Below, one piece after another: positions 1-12,957 of a DNA stretch of 64,000 bases. Position 1 is the first letter of the stretch. Every line of letters begins with the position of its first letter. A model generated the notes under the pieces. That model was not told the DNA's origin, made no database searches, and saw nothing but the letters and a program-made list of their open reading frames with translations. Origin of the DNA: Octopus sinensis (Eukaryota); contig NC_043018.1 of the NCBI RefSeq assembly GCF_006345805.1, positions 13,206,001-13,270,000 on the forward strand, given 5' to 3'. The position numbers and the translations under genes were made by a program.

Positions 1-139
1 AGAGAAAACAGGGGTTTAACATGAAGTTTAGGGGACCTGAACGAGCATCCCAAGAAGGGAACAAGAAATGCTATTGTCTCGTATGTACCGGTGTAACATC
101 AATAAATGTTCCGTTTTAAATACAAATCTCTTAAATAAA

Positions 140-222
140 CCGGAAGTCAGAAAGAATCCCACGAAGAGACGGTGTTGGGTGTAAATTACGCAAATCGCTT
201 CAGAGAAGACTTTTCAGTAAGT
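140..222 (+). promoter_or_regulatory. Candidate promoter and non-coding first exon, possibly exon 1 of MZT1
   Basis: ETS-type CCGGAAGT at 140-147, bZIP-like TTACGCAA at 186-193, local CpG enrichment and a consensus donor GTAAGT at 217-222. The link to MZT1 is an inference. Confidence 0.45.
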
Positions 223-645
223 TCACTTTCCAAATTTTATTTTCTAACGTTTATTTGGACGTTCTTTGGTTAAATATTGCATAACTATTAAATGACTGTA
301 GTATTAATTACCCAACTATGCGTTTAACACTCTTCTATTGAAACTGGAGAAATGAAAACTTCGTCAGAATTGTTTTCTCTCAGATCCTACCGAGATCAAC
401 AATTGCATTTCCCTCTTTCCAGATTCTCATAAAATAAGAAGGTGTAAAAAAGAAAATTTGTGATCAAGTAATGATTGCGTGTCTAGACCTACATTCTCCG
501 CCCTGCCTATCATTCGTTGAAAACCGCTAGAGTGCAGTTTACAGGAAATTCAGCTGCTATTTCTCGCAATTTAGCCAACTCTCATCCACTTTCACGCTAC
601 CGCTTACTTTTAAATGTCCAATTCCACATCCCGCCAAAATCCATT

Positions 646-648
<3 letters not shown>

Positions 649-684
<36 letters not shown>

Positions 685-697
685 TATATATATATAA
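649..697. repeat. (TA)n microsatellite
   Basis: Direct TA run; a second TA/TACA run lies at ~954-1003. Confidence 0.95.
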
Positions 698-949
698 GAA
701 AGAAAAAGGTGTTCAGAATGCTGGATGGTTGTAAAAATATATATTTATTTACATATCACATATCATTTCTTCATATTAGCGCTTTCAACTGCTCCTGTAG
801 TTTCATCAGAAATGTCAGTTTGTAGAGCTAATATGAAGAAATAATATGTGTTATGTAAATAAACATATATTTTTACAACCATCCAGCATTCTGAATACCT
901 TTTACTTTCTTATGTATTAAATCTGTACATCACTCCCAATACTTCTAAC

Positions 950-995
<46 letters not shown>

Positions 996-1269
996 CATAC
1001 ATACGTACAATGTGTAGCTTCACACGTAATTGCTATTTTTAGCATACTGAATAACAGCAGTAAATAAATGTTTGTTAACGTTCACCAACATTCACACACA
1101 TAATAAATTGTTGTTGTTCGATGAGCTGAACTGCTGTCGCTTGAGATGAAAAAAGGTAGATGGAGGTCGGAGAGGGAATTCGAAGTGGAAAGCACGAGCA
1201 GCACAGCTTGTCTGGCTACAATTGGCCGCTTCGTACTTTGGAAACTCCGTTGTTCCATAATCCTTTTCA

Positions 1270-1432
1270 TTTAAATTCCGCCAGCGTTGTCTTTGCTTTT
1301 GATTCGTTCTTCCAGTTACTTTTCCATGGACAGTGAGGTACTATTTAAGAAGAGTGGTCCCGGTGCGCGCACTCGTGCATCCGCGCTTGCTAGTCGTGAC
1401 TTGTCGATCCTACAACGACTACCTAGCAAAGT
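1270..1432. promoter_or_regulatory. CpG-rich promoter-like segment with a TATA-like element
   Basis: CTATTTAAG at ~1341-1349, perfect palindrome GTGCGCGCAC at ~1374-1383 and high CpG density against an AT-rich background. Strand and gene are unresolved. Confidence 0.35.
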
Positions 1433-1489
1433 AAATAAAACACAAAATAAATAATTTTTTTAAAACAAAGTAAATAAAACACAAAGTAA

Positions 1490-1782
1490 ATGCTGGTGTC
1501 ACTTAAAAAGCGTCCAGTTCACACTGTAAAATGGTTGGCATTTGGAAGGGCATCCAGCTATAAAAACCATGCCAAACTGACCTCGCCTGTGCTTGTGCTA
1601 CATAAAAAGCACTCTGTCCACTCTGGTGGGTGGGTGGTTGGTGTTAGGAAAGGCATCCAGCCATAAAAACCCTGCCAAAACAGACATAGAAGTCCAGTGC
1701 AGGTTGCAGCCTGTCCAGCTCCTGTCGAACTGTCCAACCTGTGCCAGCATGGAAGGCGGATGTTAAACGATGATGATGATGA
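1490..1782 (+). mobile_element. SINE-like family B copy (GGCGTTAGGAAGGGCATCCAGC core, (GAT)n tail)
   Basis: The motif and ATG/GAT tail recur more than 15 times in the window. Confidence 0.85.
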
Positions 1783-2462
1783 CGAACACGAAGATGGAGG
1801 AAATGCTGCTAAGCATTTTGTCCAATGTTAGGATTCTGACAGGTTGTTGCCTTAAGCAGCAGAATAGTGTTTAAGATAGATCCATCCATAAAAATTGTTT
1901 ATTTCTTGACAAAGAAAAATAGGTAGAAAAGGCAACAAGTGTCGAACAAAGAATATATATTTCAAAGATGTTATCTCTTAAACCCGCATTGCCAGTCCTA
2001 TCAATGTAGATTGTGCCAAGAATTAAATATTTCAGGAAAAATTTATAAAAGAAATTCTTTTCATGGTTCTCTATAAATTACAGAACTTGTGAAAAGTTAG
2101 CATCTTTCTTTATTGCCCTTATATTTCTGATAGTAAATAACATTTAAAATGTTAATAAAGGATAATAAATGATATTCAAAATGTTAAAAAATAATTCTTA
2201 AAGTGTCAACATTTTGATTATGTAATTACCAAATCATATTTATGTAACACGATTTGTTAAATACAAAAACTATCAGTAATTGTTTTCTGTTTGAAACAAT
2301 AATTTCAGTTACTTATTTGTGGTCATGCTGGGATACTACCTTGAAGGGTTCAGTTGACCAAATCAACCGGTCTCTTTTTGATTTTGCAAATTTAGTAGTT
2401 ATTCTATCAGATTCTGTTTTGTTGAACCACTAAGTTATGGGGTCATAAACAAGAGTTTATGG

Positions 2463-2838
2463 CACAGGAGTGGCTGTGTGGTAAGTAGCTTGCTTACCAA
2501 CCACATGGTTCTGGGTTCAGGCCCACTGCGTGTCATCTTGGGCAAGTGTCTTCTACTATAGCCTCGGGCCGACCAAAGCCTTGTGAGTGGATTTGGTAGA
2601 CAGAAACTGAAAGAAGCCTGTCGTATATATGTTCGTGTGTCTTTGTTTGTCCCCCTAGCATTGCTTGACAACCGATGCTGGTGTGTTTACGTCCCCGTCA
2701 CTTAGCGGTTCGGCAAAAGAGACTGATAGAATAAGTACTGAGCTTACAAAGAATAAGTCCTGGGGTTGATTTGCTCAACTAAAGGTGGTGCTCCAGCATG
2801 GCCGCAGTCAAATGACTGAAACAAGTAAAAGAGTAAGA
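2463..2838 (+). mobile_element. tRNA-headed SINE family A, full composite copy
   Basis: GGAGTGGCTGTGTGGTAAG head, CORE-like CTTGGGCAAGTGTCTT body and (AGTAAAAG)n tail; near-identical to 35047-35437 and 51128-51555. Confidence 0.9.
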
Positions 2839-2889
2839 GTTGTAAAGACAAGATAAAGAAAACAACACGAAAGCACAAATACATCTTTC

Positions 2890-3090
2890 TATCTTTTATT
2901 TGCTTCAGTCATTTAACTGTGGCCATGCTGGGGCACAGCCTTGAGGAATTTTAGTCAAAGTCATTGATCCCAGTGCTTATTGTCTTTTTAAACCTGGTAC
3001 TTATTCTATTGGTCTCTTTTGCCAAACCGCTAAGTTACAGAGATGTCAACACCGGTTGTTGAGCAGTGCTGGGGGATAAACAAAGACACC
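2890..3090 (-). mobile_element. 3' module of family A (A2) in reverse orientation
   Basis: Reverse complement of 2660-2830; other solo copies at ~2305-2460, 13585-13790, 45600-45780 and 51595-51720. Confidence 0.8.
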
Positions 3091-3095
3091 CCCCC

Positions 3096-3131
<36 letters not shown>

Positions 3132-3197
3132 TGGTTCACCGCTCATGTCTCTTTGACACATTTAGAAATTCAATATTTCTAATATATATGTATATGT

Positions 3198-3500
3198 GGA
3201 GGCACAATGGCCCAGTGGTTAGGGTGGCGGACTCGCGGTTGTAGGATCGTGGTTTCGACTCCCAGACCGGGCGTTGTGAGTGTTTATTGAGCGAAAACAC
3301 CTAAAACTCCACGAGGCTCTGGCAGGGGGTGGTGGCGATCCCTGCTGTACTCTTTCACCACAACTTTGTCTCACTCTTTCTTCTGTTGGCCTGCTCGCTT
3401 AGCCAGCGGGGTGGCGTCATTTGAAGGCTAAAACAATGCGAAGCGCATTGTGACCAGTGATGTGTAGCAACATTTGATAGCCTGGTCGGTCACGGTGATA
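3198..3500 (+). mobile_element. tRNA-headed SINE family H, tail type 1
   Basis: A/B-box-like head (TGGCCCAGTGG...GTTTCGACTC) followed by the CTCTTTCACCACAACTTT core. Confidence 0.85.
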
Positions 3501-3568
3501 TATGTATATATACATATATGAACTGGAAGCTTCTTCCAGTTTCTTAGAGAGATTTTAGAACTTTTATA

Positions 3569-4030
3569 TCTATTATATAAAATCCGTTTCTGTCTGTCTG
3601 TCTGTGTCGTCTAGGATCTCGGGCATCCTCCATCTGATTGCGCTCAAATTTGATATGTAGATACCGATGGTATCAGGGCGTGTATAAGTCTTTAAAAATT
3701 TACAAAAATCGATTCCAGGTGAGAATGCGATCGATAAAGCTGTGGGAACATGCATTTCTACGCGCATGTACATCAGCTGTTGCGATTGATACTATGCATA
3801 TGCGAGAAAAATGCACGTGCAGTTTGCGCAAAAAAAAGCCGGCTGGCTTGAAATAATGCCACAAAATGCAGAATATTTAAGAGACCAAAAAAGTAAGATG
3901 CAAAAGAGATATTTTCTCCAAACTTGGCATGAAGGAAGGAAAGACTATTTGGTTTCTCAAGAAGTTTTTTTTGCCTTAACTTCGCTTAACAAAATCAAAA
4001 ATTTTTTGAAATAAAGGCATGCTTAATTAT
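3569..4030 (+). mobile_element. Non-autonomous Helitron-like (Lep1/HINE-type) element, 3'-truncated
   Basis: A|TC 5' end followed by TATATAAAA and (CTGT)n; its 5' ~240 bp recurs inverted at 18575-18810. Confidence 0.65.
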
Positions 4031-4134
4031 TTTTTAATGAAAAGAAAACACTGATTGCTTTTTATTCAGCAGATATGATTCAGCACCGTCCATTGGATGG
4101 GGGGGGTGCTCGTATATATATATATATATATATC

Positions 4135-4330
4135 ATCATCATCATCATCGTTTAACATCTGTTTTCCATGCTAGCATGGGTTGGACGATTCAACTGGGGT
4201 CTGTGAAGCCAGAAGGCTGCACCAGGCCCAGTCTGATCTGGCAGTGTTTCTACAGCTGGATGCCCTTCCCAACGCCAACCACTCCGTGAGTGTAGTGGGT
4301 GCTTTTTACGTGCTACCTGCACAGGTGCCA
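4135..4330 (-). mobile_element. Family B copy
   Basis: (CAT)n followed by the reverse-complement core. Similar minus copies at ~10132, 16050, 37137, 52905 and 60557; plus copies at ~11715, 17480, 38895 and 44575. Confidence 0.9.
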
Positions 4331-4374
4331 GACATATATATACATAAAGGTGCCAGACATACATATACATAAAG

Positions 4375-4580
4375 GTGGCAAGTTAGCAGAATCATTAGCA
4401 TACCAGGTAAAATGCTTAGCAGCATTTTGTCTGGCTTAATGTTCTGGGTTCAGATTCTGCCGAGGTTGACTTTGCCTTTCATCTTTTCAAGGTTAATAAA
4501 ATAATTACCAGTTGAGCACTGGGGTCGATGTAATCAACTTATCCTCTCTTCTGAAATTGTTCGTCATATGCCAAAATTTG
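4375..4580 (+). mobile_element. SINE family C (Nin-domain-like GTCGACTTTGCCTTTCATCCTTTCGGGGTCGATAA)
   Basis: The same body occurs at ~5140-5300(-), 8985-9180(+), 11330-11540(-), 34497-34880(+) and 55770-55960(+). Confidence 0.75.
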
Positions 4581-6114
4581 AAACCTATATATACATATTT
4601 ATGTTTCGTGAAAATATTTCTAACAATTTTGAGATGATAATACTTGTGAAGAGTCTCTGTCTGTCTGGCAATGAAACAATGATTTCAACAATGTTGAGTC
4701 TCGTTCACATTGAAGGAATTCAGCTCATTGTTTCTCTGGCTCCTTGGGCAAGTGTCCTCATTTATAACCCCGAGCCAACTGCTGCCTGGTGAGACACTTC
4801 AGACACCTTAGACTATCATCATGGGCTCTCCTTCATAATTAAGGGTATCTATTACATCACAAAGATGACCTTTATTCTTAGCACCCTTAAACTGCTACTG
4901 TGAATCCTTTTCTAACTAATCCCTTTTTTACATCATGGAGTGGTGTACTTTCCCAGTTGTGTGTGGGAAAGTGGTGCTTATGGCCCTTAAGACTTGTGGG
5001 ATGGAAGCAAGAAGATATCCTCAAAATGAGAAACTGGCTTGAAGGCTTACAACAAAGTGGGGTTCACTAAAGGCACTCAAAGTGCCAGGTAGTTGCATTA
5101 AACTGGGTCATGTGTTTAAGTCTACATCCTCAAGTAGACCATGGCAGGATTTGAACTCAGAACACAAAGAGCCAGAGCAAATACTACAAGACAATCTGTT
5201 CATCCAGTTCTGCCAATCCTCCTCCCTAAATTAATACTTTTTTTATCAACCCTAAAAGAATGAAAGGAAATGTTGACCTCCGCAATATTTGGACGTGTGT
5301 GTGTGTGTATAATGTATATATATGCATGTCTATAGCTCATTAGCTGTGTTAATAATTTAATGCTTTGGAATGAACAGTGTTGGTTTTTGGTCACTCAGAG
5401 CATAAGATTGATGTTTTTCCTCTTTTACAAGACAGAAATCAATCAATCATTTGTGAATAATTCCATAACTACCCCCCCCACCCCCAACAAACATGCCAAG
5501 AAAATGAAAGGAAATTGATTTTGAGACACAAAGATGATCTTTCTGTTCTTTTCTGTTTAATCCACTTCTATTGATTTCTTTTAGTATTCCTTTGAGTTTA
5601 TCCATCTTACCCCTACTCCTTTCCCTTATTCCTATTTTAAGCTGGCCTTATTCCAACCTGATCTTCTTGTTTTACACCAGAAAGCAGCTCTTTTATTTTG
5701 TAGTTGTTATTGTCGATGTTGCTAACTTTGAAATGAAATGTCTGCTTCTTTCCAGATTTGATAAGATTGTTAAACAAATTCAAAAACAGTTCACGATTTT
5801 TAGGACAATGGTATCCTCCCCTCCCCCACCACCATCATTATTGTTTACATATTAAAAATGAGAATTTCCATTAAAAGATTTTTATTTCTTTTTCCTCTCT
5901 CTCTCTCTCTCTCATTCATTTTGGTTGATTCATGGAATTACATAGTTCAAAATGATTCATTGTAATCAAAGTTTGTTTCATAATTTCTCTCTCCCTCCTT
6001 TTCCATTTTATTTTGCTTTTCCCTCTAATTTCTTCCTTAAATTACTGTTTTACCAACTCTAATAAGTAAAGTACCTCCCCCCACTCACCTTACAGCTGAA
6101 AAAATCACATTTAA

Positions 6115-6335
6115 CACTTTAGTGTTCACATTATTCTACCAAAATGAATCCTTTTTCATCTACACTGTTTTGAAGTAATCATGCATTATCTTGGAGCTAT
6201 GAGATTTTGATTAGGTAGCTGTTAATTTTTAAAACGATATTGTAGGGTTGGTGTGAGAGACCAGATCTGGCCAGTTTGAACATAAAACAGGCAGAATACT
6301 TTTGGCCAGATATGGCCGGTTTAAATGCTAAAGGG
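6115..6335. mobile_element. piggyBac-type MITE
   Basis: TTAA on both sides (6111-6114, 6336-6339) with termini CACTTTAG...CTAAAGGG; family copies at ~39676-39867, 42848-43286 and 61966-62162. Confidence 0.75.
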
Positions 6336-6624
6336 TTAATACTCTTTTACTTGTTTCAATCATTTGACTGAAACTACATTAAGTGCTGCTTCGGTCCCCT
6401 CTGTTACATTTTCAAGGTTCTGCCGGGTCTGCAGTGGAAGTCAAAGACAAGATCCATTTCTGAAACTGCATTAGAATCTAGAGTGGAAACATGGTACTTG
6501 CTACTAAGTCATGTTTACTTGTAAGTGATTGTTGAAGTAGTAGTTATATGTTTGATTTCATTTTGACTACAGAGTTATCTGAGCAGTGTTTGAAGGTATA
6601 TTTCAAACAATGTAAAATATCGAA

Positions 6625-6960
6625 GATTTAAGTTTGCTTCCCAACTACATGGTTCTGGGTTCAGTCTCACTGTGTGGCGCCATGACCAAGTGTCTTTTAC
6701 TATAGCCTCAGGCCAACCAAAGCCTTTTGAGTAGATCTGGTGTATGGAAATTGAAAGAAGCCCATTATGAGTGTTTGTGTTTGTCCCTCACCACTGCTTG
6801 ACAGCCAGTGTTGGTGTGTTTACATCTCTGTAACTTAGCAGTTTGGTAAAAGAGATTGATATAAGTGCCAGGTTTTACAAAAAAAGTGCTGTGTTTCATT
6901 CATTCAACTAAAATTCTTCAAGGCAGTGCCTCAGAAATGGTTGCAGAACAAGTAAAAAAA
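6625..6960 (+). mobile_element. Family A copy (diverged)
   Basis: Aligns by eye to 2463-2838. Confidence 0.8.
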
Positions 6961-7329
6961 AAAACTTCTAGAAGCAATATTTTCAGTTAATCCCATGTTA
7001 AAATTTAATATGTATAAATTATTGCATGTTACTGTTGAACTGTCCACAAATAGTTAATGACGAGGGGAACAGTATGTTTGTCTCAATGTTCAAAATCAAC
7101 TATGAAAGACTGTTGTTGATGTTTCTTAAGAGACAAAAATCTGACAACAATAATCTCTGATAGAAAAGATTTACCAGAATCTTGCTCCAAGCTAGTTTCC
7201 AGAGCTTGTGATGCTGCTACACTCAGATTATTCCTTTACAATAATTGTTTTGTGGAGAGCAGGATCTCTGAATGAAAAAGAAGAAGAAAGAAAGAAAGAA
7301 TAATAAAACTGATAGTAAAGTAGTAGTAA

Positions 7330-7870
7330 AATGCCCAGCTGGCAACCAGGGGGGGGGATGTTTTCTCAGCAAATACGCTGCTGTGGGTGCCACTGGATGA
7401 TGCCCTCTGGTGATGATGCTATTCCATGCTTTCTGATCCATGGCGCTGGCCTTAGCCTGCTTGAGATCAAGGTGCTCAAGTATTTTTCAATTTGTTTCAC
7501 CCATGTCTTTGGTGCACTGAACTAGATTCTCTGGTGCATGGGTCACTGCCACCACAAAAGTTGGTGTGATGGTCTTCTGGTGCTCATCCTGCAGACGTGG
7601 CCAAACCACTGTAGCCTCTGCTGCTGGACTTGGTCTTCAGTGGTCAGTTTCTGTTGGCATTGTTCTTGGATGCTGTTGTTTGAGATTCAGTTGTGGAGAG
7701 AGACACCAAAGGATCTGAAGAAGATCCTGCATTTGAAACCCCTTGAGCTTGTTCTGGTCCTGTTTGAGGATGGTCCAGGTCTCGGCACTGTAGAGGACAG
7801 GCAAAACCAGTGTGCAGAAAAGACAGATTTTGGTCCTTAGGGGAGATGTTGGGCTTCTTCCAGACACACC
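7330..7870 (-). mobile_element. RTE-clade LINE 3' remnant (RT C-terminus, frameshifted)
   Basis: Minus-strand translation gives SPLRTKICLFCTLVLPVLYSAETWTIL (ISLRTK..LLYGAETW motif) and ...KAWNSIITRGHHP. Confidence 0.8.
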
Positions 7871-8289
7871 ATTGAAGGGATGTGAACACAGAAGCCACAG
7901 ACCTGATTCAGAAGTGAATCTCTGTTGTTGACACCACTTCTCTGTAGAAGAAAACTGAAGAGGATAATGAGAACTGTTTAGTCCTGTCAAAGACCTCTTT
8001 AAAGTTAGTGACAGGATAAAATAGTTGGATTCCATATAATAAGACATTTGATGAGAAGGGAGGATGCTACTAACTGCAGAAACCCATGTTAAAATATAGA
8101 AACAAATGGAGAAACATAATTTTTTGCAAGCAACAAAATACTGCCTTGGGGTTGGTGAAGGAACAAAGCGAATGGTAGGACACATCCAACCCACGTCAGC
8201 ATGGAATGAAAAATGTTTGTTTTAAGATTGTAGGATATGATTATGCAGAACAGGATAACAAAAACGAAAACACCTGCAGATGAAGTTGA

Positions 8290-9000
8290 CTATATTGAGA
8301 CTGATGGATCGAATGGACATTGATAGAACTTAAAAATTAAAACACAACCAGTCAGACATCGTTGTGTGGGACTGGTTTGTAACATGGTTTCTGTATATAT
8401 CATCTTAGTGTCATGCACAAATACAGTACCACAGAATGGGGTAGACTCCAACTGTCTCCAATTGATGTTTTCCAAGTATTCTACCAACAACTGTAATTAA
8501 TCCAAAACAATCTCTCAACAAACTATGACAACTTCTCAACAATTTCCTGTGATTCCACAAACTCATAAACGACACTTTTCACCTTGCTGCAATTTCTCAT
8601 CTCTCACTCTCAGTCGAACACACTGCCACTTATATGAGTTTGGCTTGTCCATTCTCACAAGAGGCTCATGATTCTTGCTATAACAGATTACAAAGAAAAA
8701 ATATGTTCTGTTGTAGAAATCGGCTGACCTCTGGACACCGATGTGGTTAGAAAAATAGAAGAGAAAGAGGACATTTATGGACCATTGAAAAGGAGTTTGC
8801 AAACCCAGTACCCAAGATATACTTTCAACTTCATATCTATTATTATTTGAGCAACAGGAAACATACCAAGTGTCTGGAGCAAAGTATGGCTGAACTTGGG
8901 TTCTTGGGGAGAGAATGCAAATCTTTAATTCATACACTACTAATTATCACAATGTCTGGGACAATAAAAATCCTCATGCTCTTCTTAATTGTTAGCACTC
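8290..9000 (+). mobile_element. Decayed R4/Dong-like non-LTR element, restriction-like endonuclease region
   Basis: KHNQSDIVVWD (~8340-8375; HNRPDIVVWD motif) and EIG*PLDTDVVRKIEEKEDIYGPL...SGTIKIL (~8715-8990), separated by an unassigned segment. Confidence 0.55.
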
Positions 9001-10479
9001 CAGGCCAAATGCTTAGTGGTATTTTATTTCTCTTTATGTTCTGAGTTCAAATCCTGCTGGGGTTGACTTTGCCTTTCATTCTTTTGGGGGTCGATGAAAT
9101 AAGTACCAGTTGAACACTGGAGTTGATGTAATCGATTTAGTCCCCCTCTACAAATTTCAGGCCTTGTGTAGAAAGGGTTGTTATTCCATTGCTCTTCATA
9201 AGAAACCAATGAAACTGGTATGCTACTGTGTTTAGTGTTGTTTACAGAAGATGCAAGCAAATGCACTGTTGCTTGAATGGTGCCAACAGGAAGACATGCA
9301 GAAAAAACTCTAACACACGTGTGTAGTTATGTACCTATGTGTGTATGTGCACCATGCTTACATATATGTACATGCAAAGTATATTTGTTTTTAGACTAAA
9401 CTATAGGAAAACCATTTTTCGATACATTTTCTTTTACTTCCTTCACAAGGTATTCTACTCTATCTTAGTATTTGGGGTTAAGTGTAAGAATCAGCTGTGT
9501 GCAACAGCTAATGGTTTTAAGCCATCAGTTGTTACAGACTGCAGATAACTGTGTTAGTGTGGGCACGTGATGTGGTGAGGCTATGAATGGGGACTGGCTG
9601 GAAAAGTGCCATGCATTTGTTGACTGGTAAGATGTTGTTGTTACGGCTGTTGTGCAAACTTGGAACTTCAATAAACAGGTTTCCTCCACCAGATTGATGC
9701 CTGTAAGAGATTACATAATGTGTGTGTGTGTTTGTGTGTACAAAAATTAAGCAGAAACACAACAAAGGAACAAACAGAAAATTCACACAAGACATCATCA
9801 ATGTTATTCTTTCCTTGACAGTTATCCAAAAAAATTCACACGATTCCTCACCATTAATATTGTTAATTTTTAGTGGTGTCATACATAACTCAAAATTAGA
9901 CACCATCATATTTGAAAGATTTATTTCTAGAAACAGTATCATTCTATGCATTTAAATACTTAATCTAATGTCTAGTAGACATGCCTTGTACAATTTTTAA
10001 TGACAATCCATTCAAGCATTTTACTAATGAATAGTATCCATAAAAATAAAATAGTATATTCGGGGAAGTCTATTTATTTTTAGATCTGTGTGTGTATGTG
10101 TGTATTTATTTAAATATATATATATATATATCATCATCATCATCATCGTTTAATGTCTGCTTTCCATGCTGGCATGGGTTGGACGATTTGACTGAGGGCT
10201 GGCGAACCACATGGCTGCACCAGGCTCCAGTCTGATCTGGCAGAGTTTCTACAGCTGGATGCCCTTCCTAATGCCAACCACTCCAAGAGTGTAGTGGATG
10301 CTTTTATGTGCCACCGACACAAGGGTCAATCAGGCAGTACTGGCACGGAGGCCAGCTTGTTGCTCTGGCAACGATCGCGCTACACACGCGCGCGCGCATA
10401 CACACACACACACACGCACGTACAGTAGCCTACAATAAGTTTTTAGCCCAGGGGATAAAATAGTAATATTCAAAGTTTA

Positions 10480-10780
10480 ATAACCCAAGAAACACCCAAC
10501 AGAATTGTCTGAAAATTTCACAGCTTCCATCATTTTTCTAAGTTGGTGATAAATAGGTTGATCCATGTTATTCCCTATTTCCAAGAGAGCTTTTAGAGGC
10601 TGCCACAGTCGGGGCTTTGAAGCCATGCGTTTCTTTCCAAGCATTTGAAACTTTGCTCATGTGAAATGCTGCTCCATCTTCTTGAAAAACAGAAGTGTTC
10701 TCATCCATTTTACCAGTGATGTAAATTGTAAGCATTTCGTTTTCTAATAAATCGCAGTATTTCCAGACCATCCAACCAGT
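10480..10780 (-). mobile_element. Tc1-like transposase remnant
   Basis: VFQEDGAAFHMSK resembles the FQQDNAxxH DDE motif; decayed downstream. Confidence 0.5.
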
Positions 10781-10954
10781 TTCCCATGAACATTAGGGCA
10801 GTGTCCATGACCTTTTTTCAGGGCCTCTGGTGGAGATAGGTGAGGTGGAAGAGGGCATCCAGGAACTAGAGACTGAGTTCAAATGCATGCTATGTAATAA
10901 ATTCTAGTGAAGATACCCAAAGACCAGATGGTGATGTTAAACTGAGACATCTGA

Positions 10955-11288
10955 GACCCCCTTCGGTCACGACACTGACCATGGGATTGCACCTAGAAAG
11001 TTACCCTCCCAGGGCAAGTCCGGGCAAGGTTGTTTTTATGGAAGACCTTTAGTTGCCCATGCATACCGGCCTCCCCTCTCCACGCCACCAGTGTTATCCA
11101 AGGGAAAGGCAAAGGGGCCGATACAGCTTGGTACCTGTGACGTCGCAACTCATTTCTACAGCTGAGTGAACTGGAGCAACGTGAAATAAAGTGTCTTGCT
11201 CAAGAACACAACACGCAGCCCGGTCCGGGATTCGAGCTCACAACTTCACGATCATAAGCTCGACGCTCTAACCACTGAGCCATGCGCC
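10955..11288 (-). mobile_element. tRNA-headed SINE family G
   Basis: Head GGCGCATGGCTCAGTGGTTAGAGCG...CTCGAATCCC; near-identical + copy at 55405-55735 and a partial copy at 54130-54390. Confidence 0.9.
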
Positions 11289-11883
11289 TAAACTAGTCAA
11301 CGCATTAAGTTACCCATTCAAGTAGGCAGTGGAGGGATTTGAACTCAGAATGCAAAGAACCAGAAGAAATGCCACAAATACCATATTCTTTTCAGTCTTC
11401 TAATGTTTCCACCAATCCACAGTTGGCGATCCGTACTGTGTTTACTTACCCTTAAAGGATGACAGATAAAGTTAACTATGGCAGGATTTGAACTCAGAGT
11501 AAACACCACAAGGTATTTCATGCACAGCTTCAATAACTCTGATAATTCACTGCCTAAACATAATATAAATCAGTGGTGCTGAACCTTCTTATGCCTATGG
11601 ACCCCTTTGTTTCCTATTTTACTCTACTGGGACCCTACGCCATTTGATGTCTAAAAATACCCTACTGTATTATTAGGAATTGTATTAAAAAATTGTTGAA
11701 ATATAACGATATCTGCGGGTGGCACGTAAAAAGCACCCACTACACTCACGGAGTGGTTGGCGTTAGGAAGGGCATCCAGCCGTAGAAACACTGCCAGATC
11801 AGGCTGGGCCTGATGCAGCCTTCTGGCTTCACAGACCCCACTTGAACCGTCCAACCCATGCCAGCATGGAAAACGGATGCTAA

Positions 11884-11915
<32 letters not shown>

Positions 11916-12876
11916 AACAAATTCATTGCACATAAAGTTTAACAACAAAATCTTAAGTGGGCCCCAGTTGAGAACCACTGATAGAAATGGACTGTGAAGG
12001 ATTGGTAAAAAAAACAAATTTCCTGTACTGAGGGGTATTTTTAATATTTAGTTCCAGAGTCAACCCTGTTTGAGCAGATCCATAATTAAAAATACTCCAG
12101 TTATGACTATTCCTCATTTTTCTTTTTTTATTTTTATTTCAGACATATCTAGGACTTTAAAAAATACCCTTTTCTTTTCTTTTTTTTGTAAGAGTATAGA
12201 CTGTAATTTGAGGAAGATTTAACTCTATTTTCTAGCAACTGCATAGGGTAGGGGGTGGAAGATTCTTCACCTGCAGGCAAAATTTCAACTGAAACCTCTC
12301 TCTGTTGAAGTATTTTCAGAAAGCTCATAAAAATACAGAGTAAAAAGCACTCTTTAAGCCTCTAACCAAAACACTCATTTCATATAGGTAGCAGCATATT
12401 AATGAATCTGTGAAATTAGAATATTTTTCTCAGTACGGATGTGTCCCTTACTAGCGATTTTCACTTGATATTAAAGAGATTCTTCACCCCTATATTCAAG
12501 CTCCCTCATTGGTTGGGCTCACGTGCTGATAGTGGAAAACCCAAGGAAAACAGGGGAGAAGTGGTGAGGTCAGGTTTCAAAATTATTTGGCCTCAAAACC
12601 AAGCTGACTGTAGAATTGACACTGGTGCTTCTGATGCCAGCCACTACTGCGTAATGGTGGACCATCTTGCTCATTAGACAGCAGGGGGGGGGGTGTTGAT
12701 GTTAATTAAGAATGATGATAATGATGATGTTTGAATTAGACTCTGCTTTGTAATAAATGCTTTAAAATCTTATGGTTACAAACTATCAATTTTTTGTTTT
12801 TTTATGTTCCTTTCTCACTCTAGATTCAGTGAGGATTTTCAGTGCTACACTGTATCATCATCATCACCTCTACCAT

Positions 12877-12877
<1 letters not shown>

Positions 12878-12920
<43 letters not shown>

Positions 12921-12957
12921 TCTCTCTCTCCCTCTCTCTCTCTTTCTCTCTCTCTCT
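12878..12957. repeat. (TC)n microsatellite
   Basis: Direct repeat run. Confidence 0.95.

Noticed and set aside
330-400. CTGACGA hammerhead core on the minus strand (361-367)
   Set aside because: No stem II or GAAA follows.
6417-6520. Possible internal 5'-UTR exon of MZT1 (AAG| ... |GTAAGT)
   Set aside because: The acceptor is weak, there is no recognisable coding signal, and it cannot be distinguished from chance without transcript data.
11215-11288. tRNA gene candidates (also heads at ~3198, 35930, 55405, 61333)
   Set aside because: A and B boxes are present, but there is no complete cloverleaf or acceptor stem and each continues into a multi-copy SINE body.
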